Assembly: GCA_965203905.1 (NCBI GenBank)
Contig: CBDBDQ010000005.1
Location: 5,824,001 to 5,888,000, forward strand
Length of the DNA: 64,000 bases
Origin: Spirochaetia bacterium
GTDB lineage: Bacteria; Spirochaetota; Spirochaetia; SZUA-6; Bin103
Direction of reading: 5' to 3'
A program made the translations under genes and the position numbers. The notes under the pieces are model-generated. The model saw nothing but the letters and a program-made list of their open reading frames with translations, was not told the DNA's origin and ran no database searches. This document shows positions 28,913 to 38,336 of the stretch, piece by piece. Each line of letters starts with the position of its first letter. Position 1 is the first letter of the stretch.

Positions 28913-30424
28913 TCAGGTGCGGCCGCCGCGGGCCAGGCGGAAGGCGTGCTCCTCGGCGCGCATGGTGGCTTCGCCGTTGCCGTCGCCGGTCCGCAGTTCC
29001 TCGACGCTGCGCACCTGCAGGCGTGCGGCGCCCTCCCACTCGCGGGTGGGCAGCCGGTCGGCGCTGCTCAGCCTCTCTTCCGCGGCGGCGATCGCCTCCC
29101 CGTACTGGGGCAGCCACTGGCGCTGCGCCAGCAGCATGTCGTCGACCAGTTGCCATACCTCCGGCGGGGTGGCCACGGCACCGACCAGCGGGTCGAGCAG
29201 CATCGCCTGGCGCAGCAGCGTGTCGTCGCCGGCCACGGCCGCCGCAACCGCCAGCCGCTGCACCGAGATGCTGGCGTTGCACACCGCGGCGCAGCCGAGC
29301 GGCAGGTCGCCGACCAGCGGAATGCTGATGCCGTTGCCGTCCACGTAGCCCGGCACCTCGACCACGGCGTCGTCGGGCAGGTTGGCGATGGCACCGTTGT
29401 TCTTGACGTTGAAGTGGCCGCGGTAGGTGCGCCCCGTCTCCAGTCCCTCGACAATGTAGGAGCCGTGCTCGGAGGAACGCTCTTCCGGGGTGAACTGCAT
29501 CGGAGGCTCGGCCATCCAGCGCGGGAAGTCTTCCTCGAACCAGTTGCGCTTCTCGGTGCATACCCGCAGGTAGCCGCCGGTTTCGCCGTGGATCCAGGTG
29601 TCGAGGCTGATCCAGTCGCGGATCTCGCCCGGCCGCTTGCGGTACCAGGGGACGTACTCGCTCAGGTGGCCGTTGGACTCGGTGGAGTAGCAGCCGAAGC
29701 GGCGCAGCATGTCGATGCGCACCTTCTCGGTCTCGCGGTACTTGGGATGGCGCTCGTAGGCGGCGAGCAGCTCGCCGCTCATGTCCTTGCCGTGGTGGCG
29801 GAGCTGGACGTACCAGGTCTGGTGGTTGATGCCGGCGGCAATGATGTCAAGCTCCTGCTGCGGTACGCCGAGCACCTCCGCGATCTGGCGGTGGCCGCCC
29901 TGCACCCCGTGGCACAGGCCGATAGTCTCCACCCCGCCGTGGTCGTTGGCGGCCCAGGTGAGCATTGCCATCGGGTTGGCGTAGTTGAATAGGCGGCAGC
30001 CGGGCTCCGCCACCTCGCGGATGTCGCGGCAGATGCCGAGTATCACCGGGATGCCGCGCTGCCCGTACATCACCCCGCCGGCCGACAGGGTGTCGCCCAC
30101 GCACTGGTCGATGCCGTAGCGCAGCGGCACGTCGATGTCGGTGGCGAACGCCTCGATGCCGCCGACCCGCACGGTGCAGAACACGTAGCGAGCGCCCGCT
30201 ATCGCCTCGCGGCGGTCGGTGGTGGCGCTCAGCTTCACCCGCTCCAGGCCGTTGGCGCGGATGTCCCGCTCCGCCAACTGGCGGATCATGTCGAGGTTGG
30301 GCTCGCTGATGTCGCACAGGGCCACCTCCAGCGAGTCGAATTCCGGGACGGTGAGAAGATCGCCGAGCAGCTTGCGGGTGAACCCGATGCTGCCGGCGCC
30401 GATGAACGCGATCTTGAACGACAT
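28913..30424 (-). CDS. melA: GH4 alpha-galactosidase / alpha-glucosidase
   Basis: IAFIGAGSIGFT, DQCVGDT, NYANPM, GLCHG, GINHQTW, TESNGHLSEY. Confidence 0.85.
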   Translation of the reverse strand: MSFKIAFIGAGSIGFTRKLLGDLLTVPEFDSLEVALCDISEPNLDMIRQLAERDIRANGLERVKLSATTDRREAIAGARYVFCTVRVGGIEAFATDIDVPLRYGIDQCVGDTLSAGGVMYGQRGIPVILGICRDIREVAEPGCRLFNYANPMAMLTWAANDHGGVETIGLCHGVQGGHRQIAEVLGVPQQELDIIAAGINHQTWYVQLRHHGKDMSGELLAAYERHPKYRETEKVRIDMLRRFGCYSTESNGHLSEYVPWYRKRPGEIRDWISLDTWIHGETGGYLRVCTEKRNWFEEDFPRWMAEPPMQFTPEERSSEHGSYIVEGLETGRTYRGHFNVKNNGAIANLPDDAVVEVPGYVDGNGISIPLVGDLPLGCAAVCNASISVQRLAVAAAVAGDDTLLRQAMLLDPLVGAVATPPEVWQLVDDMLLAQRQWLPQYGEAIAAAEERLSSADRLPTREWEGAARLQVRSVEELRTGDGNGEATMRAEEHAFRLARGGRT

Positions 30425-30598
30425 GTTGCGGCGGCTCCTGGCTTCCACCCTAGGCGAATCCGCGCGCTGGGACAAGACCGGTCAGCGTCGGACGGTCAGG
30501 GCCACGTGGTCCACCGCCAGGCAGCAGGCCGGTTTCCGGGTCCAGCTCGGAGACCCACAGGGTGCCCCCGCCCACGCCAGCCAACGGCGTCGCCCGCC

Positions 30599-30979
30599 TC
30601 AGGCTGCGCTCCAGAACGCGGCACCATAGTGCTCGCGCAGGTGCCAGTCACGGGTGCACAGCGGAGCGGCAAAGGCGATGGCGTGGGCCACGATCAGGCG
30701 GTCGAACGGATCGCGCGTCCATCTGAGGTGGTCGGCAATCTCCGCGCCGCGCAGCCACCCCGACTGCTCTACCTGCAAGTCCAGGTCGCGGCGCAGCGTG
30801 TTCAACACCGCCTCCGCGGGGAAGTTCACGCGCCCGACTTCGGCAAGCAGTGACAGCTCCAGGCGCACTATCGGCGAAACGAACAGCTCGTTCTCATCGA
30901 TTCGTTGCCGCACCGGCGTGGGGATACGGTCGGCCTCGGCGAACAGCCACACGACCACGTGGGTATCCAGGAAGATCAC
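30599..30979 (-). CDS. vapC: PIN-domain (VapC-like) toxin
   Basis: IFLDTHVVVW...LEL...RDPFDRLIVAHA...TRD; GTGA overlap with the antitoxin. Confidence 0.88.
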   Translation of the reverse strand: MIFLDTHVVVWLFAEADRIPTPVRQRIDENELFVSPIVRLELSLLAEVGRVNFPAEAVLNTLRRDLDLQVEQSGWLRGAEIADHLRWTRDPFDRLIVAHAIAFAAPLCTRDWHLREHYGAAFWSAA

Positions 30980-31236
30980 GATTCCGAACCCTGCTCGGGA
31001 CGCCACTCCGCCGGCGAGAAGCGGTCGAGATCGTCACCATCCACGACCATGCCGGGCCGGCGCGGCAGATCGGCGACCTTGATGCGCCGCGGCAACGCGG
31101 CAATGCGCAACGTGCGGCCCTTCCTCGGCACGTCGATGGACGTTCCCGTATCCAGGCACAGGTCGAGGAGGCGGAACAGGTCCCTGCGCAACTCGCTGGC
31201 CTTGACGGTGATCACTCTGTTCTCATTGTTGTACAT
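30976..31236 (-). CDS. Phd/YefM-family antitoxin
   Basis: ITVKASELRRDLFRLLD...TGTSIDVPRKG; upstream of the PIN toxin. Confidence 0.8.
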   Translation of the reverse strand: MYNNENRVITVKASELRRDLFRLLDLCLDTGTSIDVPRKGRTLRIAALPRRIKVADLPRRPGMVVDGDDLDRFSPAEWRPEQGSES

Positions 31237-31258
31237 CTTTCCGAGCACAATTGTACAA
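31230..31258. promoter_or_regulatory. Paired TGTACA palindromes (putative antitoxin operator)
   Basis: TGTACA at 31230-31235 and TTGTACAA at 31251-31258. Confidence 0.55.
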
Positions 31259-31305
31259 GAACCGGGTTGGGCCGATCAAGTCTGCCTGCGACGATCAGCT
31301 ATCCG

Positions 31306-32982
31306 TCACGCCAAGTCTTCTTCACGTACCCGGTAGGCCTTCAGGACCGGCTGCGGGCCGCCGGCGTTGATGCCCTCGAAGTGGTCGCTGGTGTAGTCGG
31401 CGATCACGATGGTGCCGTCGGCGAGCTGGGTCCAGTCGCTGTAGCCGGAGTCGGAGGTGTAGTCCAGCACCACCGTGCGGTCGCGCTGGAACTGGTCGGG
31501 GAAGCCGTCGCGGGCTATCCAGCTCCAGTCGACCGAGTAGTCACCCGGGTTGTAGACCCGGGCCCTGCCCGCGCGCCAGCGCGTATCCAGCCCGCCGCCG
31601 GCGCCGAAGCGCACCACCCGCTGCCGAAGTTGCGGGTCGCCGCTGGCCAGCACCTGGCGGCCGTCCACCAGCACGCGGCAGCCGCCGGGGCGCCGCTCCA
31701 GGCGGTACGTGTGCCACTGCGCGGTGTCGAGGTAGGCGGCTCCCGGGCGGCGCTGGACATTGCCCAGGTCGCCGGTCTCGAAGCGCTCGATGGCATGGCT
31801 GGCAAACTCGATCCGGCCGTCGCCGATGCTCACGCCGAAGCCGGCGGAGAGCACCACGTTGCCGGGACCGGGGGCGCGCCGCAGCTCAAGTTCCAGGTCG
31901 ACCTCCGCATGGCGGGTGAGCGCCGGGTAGAGCGAGAACTCGACCTCCGCGGTGCGGCCGGCGCCGGTGGTGGTGAGCATCTCGCCTCCCTCGCGGGTGC
32001 AGCGGTGCTGCTCCCAGATGAACGAGGCCGGCTCGAATCTCAACTCCTCCTCCGGGTGGAACAGGAAGGCGCGGCTGCAGGGAGTGCCCCAGCGGTTGCG
32101 GTACGTGACCAGCAGCTTGCCCGACTGCAGCCGGTGCAGCATGGTGCGCTGACCGTACACCGGGGTGAGCGACGGCTCGCTCCAGGTGCGGCCGGAATCG
32201 AAGCTGTGCACCAGCCTGCTCGGCTGGCCGAACTTGCCGCCGCCGAACCCGACCCGCGTCATGGCCAGCAGGTGGCCCGGCTCCAGCTCCACCATCCCCA
32301 CCTCGCAGTCGCCGTGGTAGGGCGCGTCGGTGACCGGCCCGAACGGCTGCCAGGTCCTGCCGCCGTCGCTGGAGCCCACCGCGACGTTGCGGTAGTAGAT
32401 GCTGCCCCACGGCGCGGGCGGATCGTCCATGGCCGGGTACGGCGCCGACTCGGTGCGCGTGTACAGCAGCGTGCCGTCGGCAAGCTCGACGAGGTAGCCC
32501 GGCTCCCCGCCCACCTCGTCCACCTGTTGCGGCGCACTCCAGGTACGGCCGTGGTCCTCGCTCCACAGCAGGTAGTTGGCCATGCCGCGCTCCGGGCGCT
32601 GCTGCCAGCGGGTCAGCGTCGGCCAGTCCCGGCCCGAGCTGCGGTGGCCCTCGTCCACCAGCACCACCAGCCGGCCGTCGCGCAGCCGGCTGAGCTGCGG
32701 CGCCACCCAGCACGCCTGGTGCTGCCAGACGTTGCGGTGGGCGATGGAGCGGTGGCCCTCCCAGGTGCGGCCGCCGTCCGCGGAGCGGGCGCTCATGATG
32801 TGGGTGAAGAGCGCGGTGTGGGAGTCGGACAGGCGGTAGGTCGCGACCAGCCCCTCGGGCGTGGCGCGGATGCCCGCCACCGAGTGGTACCAGCCGCGCG
32901 GGTTGGGGCACGGGCCGGGCGCCGGGTCACGCCCGTTGTGATCGGCGATCACGAACTTGCTGGAATCGGGAATCGTGCGCAT
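31306..32982 (-). CDS. BNR-repeat sialidase-like protein with inserted beta-sandwich domain
   Basis: SADGGRTW, SEDHGRTW, SSDGGRTW, SFDSGRTW, DSGYS. Confidence 0.85.
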   Translation of the reverse strand: MRTIPDSSKFVIADHNGRDPAPGPCPNPRGWYHSVAGIRATPEGLVATYRLSDSHTALFTHIMSARSADGGRTWEGHRSIAHRNVWQHQACWVAPQLSRLRDGRLVVLVDEGHRSSGRDWPTLTRWQQRPERGMANYLLWSEDHGRTWSAPQQVDEVGGEPGYLVELADGTLLYTRTESAPYPAMDDPPAPWGSIYYRNVAVGSSDGGRTWQPFGPVTDAPYHGDCEVGMVELEPGHLLAMTRVGFGGGKFGQPSRLVHSFDSGRTWSEPSLTPVYGQRTMLHRLQSGKLLVTYRNRWGTPCSRAFLFHPEEELRFEPASFIWEQHRCTREGGEMLTTTGAGRTAEVEFSLYPALTRHAEVDLELELRRAPGPGNVVLSAGFGVSIGDGRIEFASHAIERFETGDLGNVQRRPGAAYLDTAQWHTYRLERRPGGCRVLVDGRQVLASGDPQLRQRVVRFGAGGGLDTRWRAGRARVYNPGDYSVDWSWIARDGFPDQFQRDRTVVLDYTSDSGYSDWTQLADGTIVIADYTSDHFEGINAGGPQPVLKAYRVREEDLA

Positions 32983-33893
32983 TACCTGATTGTCTCCTGG
33001 AACCGGTCCCGCAGCACCGGTGCGGCCACCTCGGCGGCGAACTCTTCGAGCCGGCGCGGAGGCCGGCCGGTGATCGCTTCCACTTCGCCGGTAACGCGGT
33101 CGAGGTACCCGGTTCGGCCCAACTCGTACAGCAAGGAGATCGACTCCGCCTCCGCCCGCTCCACGCCGCGCGCCAACATCGATTCCAGGTGCTGCTTCGG
33201 GTCTTCATCGTCATAGCGGATGGCAATGCCGGAGTGCTTCGCCAGTATCGAGGCGGCTTCGGCGAGCGTGAACGACTTGCCACCGGTAAGTACCGCCGGC
33301 CGGCCCAGCGGCGGGCTCGCGAGTACCACGGCCGCACAGGCCGCGATGTCCCGCACGTCCACTGCCGAGATTCTGCCGCGACCCATCGGCACGCGAAGGA
33401 CGAGCGACCCCGCCTCGGCCTGCAGCGCATCGAGCAGGTTCGGCATGAAGTAGTGCGGCCGCAGGTGGGTGTAGTGGACGCCGAGGCTCTCGACGTGCTG
33501 CTCGATCGCGTGGTGGGCCTGCGCCCAGGCGAACGGTGCGTCCCGCGCGCTGTCGCTGGAGGAGAGCGAGACGATGTGCGCTACCCCCGCTTCCGCTGCC
33601 GCTCGTGCCGCCCCGGTTGCCTGCTCCACCTGTTGCGGACCATCCGGCGTCAACAGGAACAGCCGGGCGCATCCGCGTGCCGCCCGCTCGACCGTCTCCG
33701 GTTCGGCCAGATCGCCAAGTGAGTACTCGACCGCGAGCCGGCCCAGGACGCCGCGCGCCCGCGCCCGGTCGCGCACCAACGCCCGCACCGAGGCTCCGCC
33801 CGCCGCGAGTTGCCGCACCAGCTCACGGCCCACCGTCCCCGTAGCGCCCAGCACCAGAACGTGGCCGTCGGCAGAGAACCCCTCACCACGCAT
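32982..33893 (-). CDS. NmrA-like NAD(P)H-binding protein
   Basis: VLVLGATGTVG, VRALVRD, LRPHYFM, VDVRDIA, ITGRPPR. Confidence 0.88.
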   Translation of the reverse strand: MRGEGFSADGHVLVLGATGTVGRELVRQLAAGGASVRALVRDRARARGVLGRLAVEYSLGDLAEPETVERAARGCARLFLLTPDGPQQVEQATGAARAAAEAGVAHIVSLSSSDSARDAPFAWAQAHHAIEQHVESLGVHYTHLRPHYFMPNLLDALQAEAGSLVLRVPMGRGRISAVDVRDIAACAAVVLASPPLGRPAVLTGGKSFTLAEAASILAKHSGIAIRYDDEDPKQHLESMLARGVERAEAESISLLYELGRTGYLDRVTGEVEAITGRPPRRLEEFAAEVAAPVLRDRFQETIR

Positions 33894-34410
33894 CACGGTT
33901 TCCGGCTGACGATGGTGCCGGCGTCGGCCAGACTGATGCACAGCCGTCGGCGAAGGCGGCAGCCGCAGTGCCGGCGGCCTGGCCCATCGCCATGATCGGC
34001 GCCTGCACCCGCATCGGCCCCAGCACCGGGCGCTCGCAGTTGACGGCACGGCCCGGGCAGATCAGGTTGCCGACCGTCTCCGGCACCATCACCCGGTAGG
34101 GGATCGGAATCACCGGAGGCTTCGGCAGTGACTTGGGGTCGACCGGTCCTCTGCGCCGCGGTTGATGTCCCAGCCATAGGCGGTGTAGCCGATGGTGTCG
34201 TCGGATTCCCGCCGGTCCAGGACATCCTGCACCGACAGGTAGCCGAGCGCCTTGATGCGTCGTGTCTCCCGCACCCCCAGGCTGGAGGCGACCGCGCGCG
34301 TTCTCATAGACTCCTCCCTTGAGTGGTTCCGACTCGGCTGGATTTTGCCCGCCCCGGCAGCCGCCGTCAACGATTGCGCATGGCCTCAGATGGCTTCAGC
34401 CGTTACGAAC
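33883..34410 (-). pseudogene. FAD-dependent oxidoreductase, C-terminal fragments
   Basis: SLGVRETRRIK...YGWDI, then after a frameshift IPYRVMVP..VGNLICPGRAV...MRVQAPIMAMGQAAGTAAA; no N-terminus. Confidence 0.8.
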
Positions 34411-34420
34411 CGGTGCCGCG

Positions 34421-34998
34421 CTACCCGCCCTGTCCTTGGCTGAGCGCCCTGTCGAGCAGATCGGTTACGCCGAGAGTGACCGCCCCTCGACGCAGGTAGG
34501 ACCGGTCCAACCGCCGGCCCTGCACTCCGATGATCCCCAGAATGTCGCGCCATTGGCGGTCAGAGGCCTCGTTTCCGAGCCGATACCAGCGCAGCTTCTG
34601 GAGCAGGATGTCTTCGGCCGTGTACACGTAGAGAAAGCGATCCGGTCCGGTGGCGACCTGCAACCGCACGCGCCGTTCCATCTGTTCGTCGTCGAGTGGG
34701 GTGCCGCCGAGGATGAACAGATCGACTTTGGTTGACGTCTCTTTGTGGATCAGGTTGACGCTCGACCGCGTGCGAATCGCGCCGCGCAGAGTCTCCTCGT
34801 CCGAATAGAATCCGTCTCCGAGATTGGCCAGGAAGGGCTCCACGTCCTCCTGCGTCAGCGCGACTACCAGGTCTACGTCCATGGTCGATCACCCGTCACC
34901 GAACTCGCCACCGACCCGCCGACCAGATACCGAACGCCGCAGCGCTCCAGCGCAGCCGCTACCTGCAGCGCCGCCTGAAGCGGTTCCGCAGGAGCCAT
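34421..34998 (-). pseudogene. Nucleotidyltransferase (MenT1-like) toxin, frameshifted
   Basis: YLVGGSVASSVTG then, in another frame, STMDVDLVV...EDILLQKL...RQWRDI; frame break near 34890. Confidence 0.7.
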
Positions 34999-35291
34999 CA
35001 GGACTCGATCAACTCGGCTACCTCGGGGTAGACGCGCACCGCGAGCTGCGGGCCGAGCTTGAGTACGGCGAGGCGCAACAGACACTCGTTCACGGAGGCG
35101 TTGGGATGGCGGCTCCGGATACCGGCCAGGGCCAGTTCCTGCGTGGCACGACTGAGGCTATCTACCGCACGCGCCTTTTCAAGGGGTGACATCTGTCGCC
35201 AGAGGCCGATCTGCAATCGCTCGGCCTCCGGCGATGTATCGCGGCTCAGCATGCCGTGCTCCCTGCGGCTCGGCGAGTCAGGCCTGCTCAT
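34998..35291 (-). CDS. Small putative antitoxin (MenA1-like) upstream of the NTase
   Basis: DTSPEAERLQIGLWRQMSPLEK...LAGIRSRHPNAS; TGATG coupling to the NTase. Confidence 0.65.
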   Translation of the reverse strand: MSRPDSPSRREHGMLSRDTSPEAERLQIGLWRQMSPLEKARAVDSLSRATQELALAGIRSRHPNASVNECLLRLAVLKLGPQLAVRVYPEVAELIES

Positions 35292-35322
35292 GCGCTGCAT
35301 CGTATCACAAGGCGACCAGCAC

Positions 35323-36732
35323 ATGTCCTTCGTCGGGCACGGACCGGCCGAATACGGAAATGAGCTACACTCACGCCGGGCAGCCAGGTTGAGGCCGATT
35401 CCGTCGCGACATCCGTTTCACATACACGCGTCACACCGCCTGGAAGTGCTGGCGGCGCGTCTGGCCGACGAGATGCGCCAGAGACCCGGTGACCCGCTGC
35501 TGGCCGAGCGGATCGTGGTGCCGCATCCGATCATGGGGCAGTGGCTGCGGCTGCAACTCGCCACCGAACTCGGTGTCGCGGCACACCTGCGCATCGAGCT
35601 TCCGGCCGAGTTCGCCTGGGCGGCGATGCGCGAGGCGGTGCCAGCACTGTCGGCGGTGCCGGTGTTCGAACCGGCTTATCTGCGCTGGTGGATTTTCGAA
35701 CGTCTGGGCCGCTGGGACGGCGACGACGAGATTGCGCGCTACCTGGCGGACGGCGATCCCCGCAAGCGGTTCGAACTCGCGGACCGGCTCGCAGTCGCGT
35801 ACGACCGTTGCCTCGTGTACCGGCCCGACCACATCCGGGCATGGCAGGCGGGCGGGTCGAGGGGGTGGCACGCGCGGCTGTGGGCGGATCTGGCGGCCGA
35901 CCGGGAGCCGGATCAGCAACCGTCGAGCCTGCATTGGGTCGACGCCGTGGACAGCTACCGCGGCGCGCTCGCCGGCCGAACGGTGCGTCCGCGGGTGAGT
36001 TTCTTCGCCGTCGCCACGATGTCGCCGTCATTCCTGGAGATGCTCCACCTTGCCACTGCGGCGCTCGACATCCACCTGTTCCTGCTCAGCCCGCGCCACG
36101 ATTTCTGGAGCAATCTCCCGGCGCGCACGGACGGCGGCTACTACGCCGAGGAGAACGAGCTGCTGCAGGCATGGGGCAGGCCGGCGCGCGACCTGCAGGC
36201 CCTGTTGGAAGGTCAGCACGCACCAGTTCAGGCGGACCAACCGGCGCCGCAGAAGGAGGCGTTCGGCGACACTTGCCTCGGCGCCGTGCAGGCGGAGATG
36301 AATGGCGCCGCGGCACCGGCGGCACCGCTCGCCCCGGACGACTCCATCCAGATCCATGTCTGTCACTCCCCGGCGCGCGAAGTCGAGGTGCTCCACGACC
36401 GGCTGCTCGGCGTGTTCGAGGCACACCCCGACATCCAGCCGGCGGACGTGCTGGTCCTGACGCCCGACCTCGACACCTATGCGCCGATCATTGCGGCTGT
36501 GTTCGGCGCCGCCGGACAAATCCGCTTCCAGATCGGCCGCCGGCGCTTCATCGAGGGGGCCGCGGTGACCGCGTTCCTCGACCTGTTGGAACTGCCCGGC
36601 TCGCGCTATGCCGCCAACGCGGTGCTGGCGCCGTTGCGCGCCGCATCGGTACGTGCCTGCTTCGGCATCGGCGAAAATGACCTGGAGGGTATCCGCGATG
36701 CGATTGACGCCGCGATTTGGCAGGGGGTATGA
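35323..36732 (+). pseudogene. recC: Exodeoxyribonuclease V gamma subunit, truncated
   Basis: HASHRLEVLA, ERIVVPHPIMGQWL, YDRCLVYRPD, NELLQAWGR, DDSIQIHVCHSPAREVEVLHDRLL, DVLVLTPDLDTYAP; about 470 aa versus about 1100 typical; start uncertain. Confidence 0.85.
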
Positions 36733-36756
36733 TTATATCATACCGAGGAGGACCGA

Positions 36757-37026
36757 GTGTCCGTCAAGACAACGTTGAGTTTCACCGAGCGTCACCATGG
36801 GTTCCTGTTGGCGAAGGTGAGAGAGGGTGTATTCGCCACGCAAAGCGCCGCGGTGGCGGCGGCCATCGAGCAAATGATCCAGGATGAGGCGGAGCGCGAA
36901 GTGGCGCTTTCGGCGCTTGCCGAAGAGATTCGCGCACGCGCCCGCACGCCGCGGTCGGAGTTCGTGGACCGAGAACGCACGTTTTCTTCCTCGCGCGCCA
37001 CGATCGATGCTGCCCGCGAGCGGTGA
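36757..37026 (+). CDS. ParD-like ribbon-helix-helix antitoxin
   Basis: KTTLSFTERH...VREGVFATQSAAVAAAI; GAGGAGG RBS. Confidence 0.8.
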   Translation: MSVKTTLSFTERHHGFLLAKVREGVFATQSAAVAAAIEQMIQDEAEREVALSALAEEIRARARTPRSEFVDRERTFSSSRATIDAARER

Positions 37027-37337
37027 ATTATCGGATCCGGTTCCATCCGCTGGTGGCACGGGATCTCGACGCAATCGCCCACTGGATCATCGATCACGCT
37101 GGCGTCGTAGTCGCTGAGCGCAAGCTGAACGAGATCGAGCAGACCATCATGGATCATGCTCACCTGCCGCACAGGGGATCTGTCCGAGATGAAATCGTGC
37201 CCGGACTGCGGGCCATCCCAGCGGCGCGACGAGCCGTGATCGCATTCACGGTCGACGACGCTGCGGCGGAGGTGCTCGTTCATGCCGTCACCTACGGCGG
37301 CGCCGACTGGATGGGCCGCACGCGATCGCGCGCATGA
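37023..37337 (+). CDS. RelE/ParE-family toxin
   Basis: YRIRFHPLVARDLDAIAHWI...PHRGSVRDEIVPGLR...VTYGGADW; GTGA overlap. Confidence 0.85.
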   Translation: MNYRIRFHPLVARDLDAIAHWIIDHAGVVVAERKLNEIEQTIMDHAHLPHRGSVRDEIVPGLRAIPAARRAVIAFTVDDAAAEVLVHAVTYGGADWMGRTRSRA

Positions 37338-37374
37338 GTACGGCACCGTCGACCAGTGCCCGTTACCAGGAAGA

Positions 37375-38202
37375 TCAGGTGGCGGCGCGGCGGGCGGCGT
37401 CGAGGTTGGCGAAGCAGTGCTCTGCCACCGGCCAGGGATCGTAGTCGTCACGGCCCCAGATCTGCGCACTCACCTCGACGGTAATGGGGACCTCGAGGCC
37501 GGCGGCGCGCACGGCGCGGAGATAGGCAACCAGGTCCAGCCGATCGTCGCCCGGCAGGGCGAACTGCACCTTGCCGTCCACCATGCGCCCATCCTTGATG
37601 TGGGTGTGCACCGAGTAGTCCGCGGTGAGGTCGAGCGACTGCTGCAACTCGATCCCCTGCACCAGGTAGTGGCTGTAGTCGAAGTTGAGCCGTACGCGGG
37701 GATGGTCCACCGCGTCCATCAGCCAGCGCGCCTTGTGCGGCGTGTCCAGCTCCTGGCCGACGTGCGGCTCCACCGCCAGGATGCAGTTTTCCGCAGTGAC
37801 CAGGTCCGCGTAGCGGCGCAGGCGCCCGGCCACCGCCTCCTTCGACGCGTCCCAGGATCCTGCCTGGGGGCCGAGCGTGGTGGTGACTACCGGAGGCCGA
37901 TCTTCCCACGACAGGTCGCGCGCCAGGCGGCAGGTGTCAGCCAGCAGCGAGGCCTTGGCGTTTGTGTCCTCGTCCGAGGCGCACAGGTGGATCAGGTGCA
38001 TGATCACCGGTGGCGGAAAGCCGGCCCCCTGCAACGCATCGCGCAGCCGTAACCGCGCCTCCGTCCCGAACCGTTCCAGGGCCGTGGGCCAAGCGGGCCC
38101 GCAGTTGATCTCCAGCCCTTCGTAGCCGATCTGTCGAACGCGTTCCACGGCGGTGAGCGGATCGACGCCCTGCAGGGCATAGGTGCTGTACGCTATCTGC
38201 AT
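37375..38202 (-). CDS. Sugar phosphate isomerase/epimerase (xylose-isomerase-like TIM barrel)
   Basis: GYEGLEI, AVEPH, LNFDYSH, HTHIKD, ITVEV. Confidence 0.9.
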   Translation of the reverse strand: MQIAYSTYALQGVDPLTAVERVRQIGYEGLEINCGPAWPTALERFGTEARLRLRDALQGAGFPPPVIMHLIHLCASDEDTNAKASLLADTCRLARDLSWEDRPPVVTTTLGPQAGSWDASKEAVAGRLRRYADLVTAENCILAVEPHVGQELDTPHKARWLMDAVDHPRVRLNFDYSHYLVQGIELQQSLDLTADYSVHTHIKDGRMVDGKVQFALPGDDRLDLVAYLRAVRAAGLEVPITVEVSAQIWGRDDYDPWPVAEHCFANLDAARRAAT

Positions 38203-38336
38203 GTGGCGACGTTAGCAGACAGCCGGCACCCCTCCAACCCGGCCATAGCAACCCGTGGCGAAACTTCGGCTGGTCGTGCCTTGCCAGCCGGGTGCCTCGC
38301 CGCTCTCGGTGCGCCCCCGGGTTCCGCCACGGGCTG

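Noticed and set aside
30850-33216. 788-aa plus-strand ORF and similar long ORFs (49095-51173, 51510-53549, 53317-55617, 57411-59051, 58930-61098, 47471-49054)
   Set aside because: Antisense or frame shadows of real genes in high-GC DNA; Ala/Arg/Gly/Pro-rich with no motifs
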